This document shows, piece by piece, positions 58,784 to 64,000 of a stretch of 64,000 nucleotides of DNA. The DNA comes from Syntrophales bacterium. GTDB lineage: Bacteria; Desulfobacterota; Syntrophia; Syntrophales; PHBD01. The position numbers and the translations under genes were made by a program. The notes below the pieces were generated by a model. That model had not been told where the DNA came from, searched no databases, and worked only from the letters and a program-made list of their open reading frames with translations. The stretch spans positions 1,088,001 to 1,152,000 of the forward strand of contig OY764159.1 of NCBI GenBank assembly GCA_963668175.1, read 5' to 3'. Each line of letters opens with the position of its first letter. Position 1 is the first letter of the stretch.

Positions 58784-60097
58784 TCAATTGATTTCCCCGG
58801 CCGGCATAAGACAGTCGGGGTAACGGTAGGTCCGTCCCTGGTAATTCTTCAAGAGCAGATCCTGGCCATCCCTGCCCATGACGTACTCGGGCAGCAGGGG
58901 GATCTTGCCGCCCCCGCCCGGAGCGTCGATGACATAGGCTGGTACTGCGTATCCGGTTGTGTGGCCTCTCAAACCCTTGATGATTTCCAGTCCTTTCGAG
59001 ACGGGGGTCCGGAAATGAGACGACCCTGGAATCGGGTCACATTGGTAGAGATAGTACGGTCGCACTCTGATTTGCAGCAATCCGTGGAAGAGCCTCTTCA
59101 TGGTATCCAGATTGTCGTTGATGCCGGCAAGCAACACCGTCTGGCTGCCGAGGGGGATACCCGCATCGGCCAGGCGTATGCAGGCCTGCTGCATTTCGGG
59201 GGTCAGCTCTTCCGGATGGGTGACATGGAGGCTGATCCAGATAGGATGAAAACGTTTCAGAACACGGGTCAGCTCCGAAGTGATGCGGAAGGGCATGACT
59301 ACGGGCGCCTTGGTGCCGATGCGGATCAATTCCACATGGGGGATTTTCTTCAGTCTCGACAGAATCCATTCCAGTCTGCCGTCGGAAAAGGTCAGGGGGT
59401 CGCCGCCGGAAAGGAGCACGTCGCGAACGGTATGGTTGGAGGCGATATAAGAGATTGCTTCTTCCCACTGCGAGGGACCGAAAGAATTCTCGCCCGACAT
59501 GCTGACGATGCGCGAGCGGGTGCAGTAGCGGCAATAGGTGGAACAGCGGCTTGTCATCAGGAAGAGAACGCGATCGGGATAACGGTGCACGATGCAGGGA
59601 ACGGGACTGTCTTTCTCTTCGCCCAAGGGGTCGCTGGTCTCCCCTTCGCTCAGCGTATTTTCGGAAATAACCGGGACCACCGTGCGCCGCAGGGGATGGG
59701 AAACGTCGACGCGATCGATCAGGCTCGCGTAATACGGGGTGATCGTTACGGGCAGGCGACGCGTACGGTTCTGAACCATGGCGTGCCGTTCTTCCTCCGA
59801 CAGCCAAAGGATCTGTCCCAAGGTCTGCACGTCGCGGATGCGATTGCGAAGCTGCCATCGCCAATCCTGCCATTCTGCGAGGGTTACTTTGGGGAAAAAA
59901 TGACGCCGGAAATCCCGCGATTGGGGACTGTCTTTGAAACGGGGCAAGTCCCGCGCCGATCTGATCGGCACGATGGAAGGGGCACTATAACTTTTCGGTT
60001 TGTCAAAAGCGCTATCTTCTAAATTTTCAAGACCGACCATGCCGGTGATATCGCCTGGAGGTTCAACTTCCTCGTTGACGATGGTCTTGCGTTCCAT
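58784..60097 (-). CDS. KamA-family radical-SAM/PLP 2,3-aminomutase
   Basis: HRYPDRVL, CSTYCRYC, SGGDPL, YYLYQCD, DAPGGGGKIP. Confidence 0.93.
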   Translation of the reverse strand: MERKTIVNEEVEPPGDITGMVGLENLEDSAFDKPKSYSAPSIVPIRSARDLPRFKDSPQSRDFRRHFFPKVTLAEWQDWRWQLRNRIRDVQTLGQILWLSEEERHAMVQNRTRRLPVTITPYYASLIDRVDVSHPLRRTVVPVISENTLSEGETSDPLGEEKDSPVPCIVHRYPDRVLFLMTSRCSTYCRYCTRSRIVSMSGENSFGPSQWEEAISYIASNHTVRDVLLSGGDPLTFSDGRLEWILSRLKKIPHVELIRIGTKAPVVMPFRITSELTRVLKRFHPIWISLHVTHPEELTPEMQQACIRLADAGIPLGSQTVLLAGINDNLDTMKRLFHGLLQIRVRPYYLYQCDPIPGSSHFRTPVSKGLEIIKGLRGHTTGYAVPAYVIDAPGGGGKIPLLPEYVMGRDGQDLLLKNYQGRTYRYPDCLMPAGEIN

Positions 60098-60548
60098 GCA
60101 ATGACGCCTCCTTTCCCTTGAGGGGTGGTTCGCTCTTCCCGGATATTTCAGTCTTGAAGACCATCTTTCGGTGCCTCTTCGGGAACGCTTTTGTAAAAAA
60201 TCGTTTATCCTTTTTAACCTGTAATGTCAACAGCATTTCGCGTATCTTTTCATTTTTTTTGTATCCGGTTCGTCGGACTGCGGGAAGAAAAAAACGGACG
60301 GCGTTTTTTTGGCAACGTAAGGAATCTCACAGCCGGAGCGGGTTGCCTCGAATCATCCATTTATCGTTGACAGGTCTTCCCGGCTATTTTATAGAGAAAA
60401 TCATGAGGCCGCGGTTTTGCAGATGTTCCCGCCGGGGCTGCAACAGACCCGATTTCCGAGGGTCAGGCAGCGGCCGCAATGTTATCTCAGGCCGACGGAT
60501 GAGAATTGCACAAAGCAGCCGCAATTGATTGAAGGAAGGAGGAGCCGA

Positions 60549-61328
60549 ATGCCGGAGCTGCCGGAGGTAGAAACGCTGTGCCGTCAGATGTCCGCCGTCC
60601 TGGTGGGTGCGAAGGTGCGCCGTCTTGATATCCTTGATGCGAAACTGGGCCGGGGAAAGAATCTGCGCGGCAGGCAAGTCATGGCAGTCTCGCGCGAAGG
60701 CAAATGGGTTGTTATCAAACTGGACAAGGATTTGACGATGCGCGTTCATCTGCGGATGACCGGCCGTCTTCTCTGGAGAGAAAGCGGCAGGGATATCCTG
60801 CCGCATACGCGCTTCGCCATCTTCTTCGACCGGGGCAGACTGGATCTCGTCGACCCACGCCGTTTCGCGACGCTCTCGTTCGACGAGCCGCCGGCGGAAC
60901 CGGTTCCGGTAAAAAATCCCCTGGAGTGTTTCGATACGAAGATTCTGATCGAAAGAGCGGCGAAAAGGAGGGTGACGGTGAAATCCTTTCTCCTCGATCA
61001 AAAGGTGATTGCCGGCATCGGCAATATCTATGCATGCGAGATCCTGCATGCGGCTTTCGTCGATCCGCGTCGCAGCGCCGGCAGCCTCTCCCGCGCGGAA
61101 TGGCGCAAAGTCGCCGCTGCGGCCGTACGTATCCTGCAGAAGGCCGTCGCCTGCCGGGGGACATCCGTCTCGGATTGGCGGGACCTGTTCGGCTGCTTGG
61201 CCGAGTACCAGAACCATCTGTCCGTTTACGCCCGTGCCGGCGAAGCCTGTCGTCAGTGCGGTGGGACGCTTGTCCGGGAGTCGATCGGCGGCAGGGGAAC
61301 CTTTTTCTGCCCGGCCTGCCAGCGCTGA
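60549..61328 (+). CDS. mutM: Formamidopyrimidine-DNA glycosylase
   Basis: MPELPEVE, HLRMTG, GIGNIYA, C-terminal zinc finger. Confidence 0.96.
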   Translation: MPELPEVETLCRQMSAVLVGAKVRRLDILDAKLGRGKNLRGRQVMAVSREGKWVVIKLDKDLTMRVHLRMTGRLLWRESGRDILPHTRFAIFFDRGRLDLVDPRRFATLSFDEPPAEPVPVKNPLECFDTKILIERAAKRRVTVKSFLLDQKVIAGIGNIYACEILHAAFVDPRRSAGSLSRAEWRKVAAAAVRILQKAVACRGTSVSDWRDLFGCLAEYQNHLSVYARAGEACRQCGGTLVRESIGGRGTFFCPACQR

Positions 61329-61475
61329 GGTGGCATGCCCCCCTGGAAACGAGCCGATTCAAGGGTTTCATGACCACGGTCTCCCGTCAAAACACGGACA
61401 AAAACCCTTTTGCAATCGCCCGTGAGTTGTGTTTAGATGACCCTCTGAGGAGACGACAGGGAAGGAGGCTTCGCA

Positions 61476-62045
61476 ATGATCGGCGAACTGATACGAAGAA
61501 ACAGGAGCTACCGGCGGTTTGACGAGAGCCATGCCATCGGCCGCGATACCCTGGAAGAGCTTGTCGAGCTGGCGCGGCTTTCCGCCTCGGCGGCCAACAA
61601 GCAGCCCTTGAAGTATATTCTTTCGTGTGATCCGGTCCGCAATGCCGCTGTCTTTGAAACGCTGGCCTGGGCCGCGTATCTGAAGGATTGGCCCGGGCCC
61701 GGAGAAGGACAGAGACCGACGGGCTATATCGTCGTCCTGCTCGATACGGAAATTGCCAACTCTCCGCACTGCGACCACGGTATTGTCTCGCAGAGCATGC
61801 TCCTCGGGGCCGTCGAAAAAGGCCTGGGCGGCTGCATCATCGCCTCGGTGAAGAAAGAATCCCTGCGCCGGGCCCTTTCCATTCCCGAGCGGTACGAGAT
61901 TCTTCTGGTCCTGGCGCTGGGAAAGCCTGTCGAGAAGGTCGTCATCGAGGAAGTCGGGGCGGACGGCGACGTGAAATACTGGCATGCGGCCGACGGCTCC
62001 CATCATGTCCCCAAACGGAGGCTCTCCGATATCATCATCGGATGA
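61476..62045 (+). CDS. Nitroreductase family protein
   Basis: RSYRRF, SAANKQP, GLGGC. Confidence 0.9.
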   Translation: MIGELIRRNRSYRRFDESHAIGRDTLEELVELARLSASAANKQPLKYILSCDPVRNAAVFETLAWAAYLKDWPGPGEGQRPTGYIVVLLDTEIANSPHCDHGIVSQSMLLGAVEKGLGGCIIASVKKESLRRALSIPERYEILLVLALGKPVEKVVIEEVGADGDVKYWHAADGSHHVPKRRLSDIIIG

Positions 62046-62189
62046 ATGAAATGAGAGTAAACGGCTTCTCCCGCTTTCCCGGGGGCGCCGGATTTTAATG
62101 ATTGCTTAATCGCAATCGATCTTGTTATAGAAACACTTTTAAACGAAAAGTTGCGGTCGATGTTGAAGACCGAGAACCGGAGGTAGGTT

Positions 62190-63347
62190 ATGATCAATCC
62201 TTTTTCCTTTACCGGGGCACGCCGGATCGTTTTCGGCAACGGGTCATTTTTGGAATTGGCGGATCGCGTCGGCGAACTCCGCGGAAAGCGTCCCTTGGTT
62301 GTCATGGATAAGCAACTGGCGGGGGCGGGAGTCGGCTCACAGGTTGCGGGCATGTTCGACAAGGCACGGCTCAAGTACGTCCTTTTCGACGCCGCCGAGC
62401 CGGAACCGCGGCTGGAATTGGCCGACGAAGGAGCGAAAGCGGCCCTGAAAGGGAAATGCGATGCGGTCGTCGGAATAGGCGGCGGCAGCACGATGGATCT
62501 CGCGAAAGCCGTGGCCGCACTGGCCGCCAACAAGGGCAAGGCCGTAGACTACCTGGGATTGAACAATATTCCGGGGCCGGGATTGCCCATGATCATGGTG
62601 CCGACGACGGCGGGTACCGGCAGCGAGGTGACCTTCACGGCGGTATTCGTCAGGAAGAATTTAAAGAAGAAAGAGGGCATGAACAGCCCGTATCTTTACC
62701 CCGATCTGGCCCTTCTGGACCCGATGCTGACCCTGAGCCTGCCGCCCCACCCGACGGCGACCACGGGGATCGATGCCCTCTGCCATGCGATAGAGTCCTT
62801 CACGTCCGTCAATGCCTCGCCCATGAGCGAGCTGGTTTCCCTGGAGGCGATCCGTCTGATTGCGGAGAACCTGCGGGCTTGCGTCCACAACGGCAACGAT
62901 ATCCAGGCCAGGGAAAACATGCTGCTGGGCAGCCTTTATGCCGGGCTGGGATTGGCCAACGCGGGCGTTACGGCCGTTCATTCCCTGTCGTATCCCCTGG
63001 GCGGGAAGTTCGGCATTCCGCACGGACTGGCCAACACGATGATGCTCCCTGCCGTAATGGTCTATAACCTCCCCGGCGCCCATGAGAAATTCGCCCTCGT
63101 GGCGGAGGCCATGGGAGAGATCGTCGACGACATGTCGCTCCGGGAAGCGGCCTACCAATCCGTGGAAGCCGTCGATTCCCTGATTGAGGACTGCGGCATC
63201 TACAGCACCCTCAAGGACTTCGGCATCAAGGAGAAGGATTTTCCTGAACTCGCCAAAGTCGCCATGACGGTCGCGAGGCCCCTGGCCAACAACCCCCGCA
63301 AGGTGACGGTGGAAGATGCCATGGCCATCTATGAAGATGCATTCTGA
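62190..63347 (+). CDS. Iron-containing (group III) alcohol dehydrogenase, possibly a KdnB functional counterpart
   Basis: GGGSTMDLAK, PTTAGTGSE, DALCHAIE, H..S..., PHG. Confidence 0.9.
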   Translation: MINPFSFTGARRIVFGNGSFLELADRVGELRGKRPLVVMDKQLAGAGVGSQVAGMFDKARLKYVLFDAAEPEPRLELADEGAKAALKGKCDAVVGIGGGSTMDLAKAVAALAANKGKAVDYLGLNNIPGPGLPMIMVPTTAGTGSEVTFTAVFVRKNLKKKEGMNSPYLYPDLALLDPMLTLSLPPHPTATTGIDALCHAIESFTSVNASPMSELVSLEAIRLIAENLRACVHNGNDIQARENMLLGSLYAGLGLANAGVTAVHSLSYPLGGKFGIPHGLANTMMLPAVMVYNLPGAHEKFALVAEAMGEIVDDMSLREAAYQSVEAVDSLIEDCGIYSTLKDFGIKEKDFPELAKVAMTVARPLANNPRKVTVEDAMAIYEDAF

Positions 63348-63417
63348 AATCGGGCGACCGGTGAAATAGCGACCGGGGTGCGGATCACCCCGGTTTGAAG
63401 GACGGAGGCGGGAGAGG

Positions 63418-64000
63418 ATGGCCGGCGCCGAGCTTATTGGCGATGAAGAACGAAAAGAGATCATGGATGTCATGGAAACGGGCATCCTCATGCGCTACGG
63501 TTTCGACAAGGAGCGCAAGGGCGTCTTCAAGGTAAGGGAATTTGAAGAGGCTTTTGCCGCGCATTGCGGAGCCGGGTTTGCGCTGGGCGTCACGTCGGGT
63601 TCGGCGGCGCTGAAAGTGGCCCTTACCGCCCTCGACATCGGACCCGGCGACGAGGTCATCGTGCCGGCCTTCACGTTCATTGCGACTTACGAAGCAGTAC
63701 TGGAAGTGGGGGCGATTCCCGTGATGGCCGACATCGACGATACCCTCAATCTCGATCCTGAGGATATCGCCAGGAAGATGACGCCATACACGAAGGCGGT
63801 GATTCCCGTCCATATGTGCGGCGCCCCGGCGCGCATCGACCGGATCGTCGATATCGCCCGGCGGTTCTTTATCAGGGTCCTGGAGGACAACGCCCAGTCG
63901 TGCGGCGGTTCATTCCAGGGAAAGAAGCTGGGCACCTTCGGACACATGGGTATTTTCAGCTTCGATTACTACAAGACGATGACGACGGGCGAAGGCGGCA
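63418..64000 (+). CDS. DegT/DnrJ/EryC1/StrS aminotransferase, KdnA-like; runs off the window
   Basis: ATG 63418 reads MAGAELIGDEERKEIMDVMETGILMRYGFD...GDEVIVPAFTF...VHMCG...EDNAQ...SFDYYKTMTTGEGG, including the PLP lysine. Confidence 0.9.
   Translation, partial: MAGAELIGDEERKEIMDVMETGILMRYGFDKERKGVFKVREFEEAFAAHCGAGFALGVTSGSAALKVALTALDIGPGDEVIVPAFTFIATYEAVLEVGAIPVMADIDDTLNLDPEDIARKMTPYTKAVIPVHMCGAPARIDRIVDIARRFFIRVLEDNAQSCGGSFQGKKLGTFGHMGIFSFDYYKTMTTGEGG

Overview
GC-rich, densely coding chromosomal window from an anaerobic diderm bacterium, most consistent with a Desulfobacterota/Syntrophales-type deltaproteobacterium (inferred from gene content and order). Most of it is housekeeping: an NfnB/GltA-like oxidoreductase, atpZ-atpI-atpB, ileS-lspA, pgpA-cinA-thpR-kdsB, pckG, a FeoA-FeoB fusion, carD-PIN/TRAM-ispD-ispF-gltX, an amidase, metF, tRNA-Arg(CCG), rplU-rpmA-obgE-proB, mntP, uvrC, mobB and mutM. 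I saw no mobile element, CRISPR array or rRNA. The best candidate for an uncharacterised system is a lysine-type 2,3-aminomutase (KamA radical SAM) gene followed on the same strand by two non-canonical D-Ala-D-Ala-ligase-like ATP-grasp genes (56457-60097). Other notable items: a QueG/RdhA-like Fe-S protein paired with a degenerate thiol-dioxygenase cupin; a MamI-like membrane hairpin protein divergent from an atp Fo operon that lacks atpE; a kdnB-kdnA-like pair; a lipoprotein WD40-caspase; a sigma-54-type promoter layout upstream of a 73-aa orphan ORF; two probable CTG start codons; and one frameshifted gene. All family calls come from motif recognition by eye; no searches were run.
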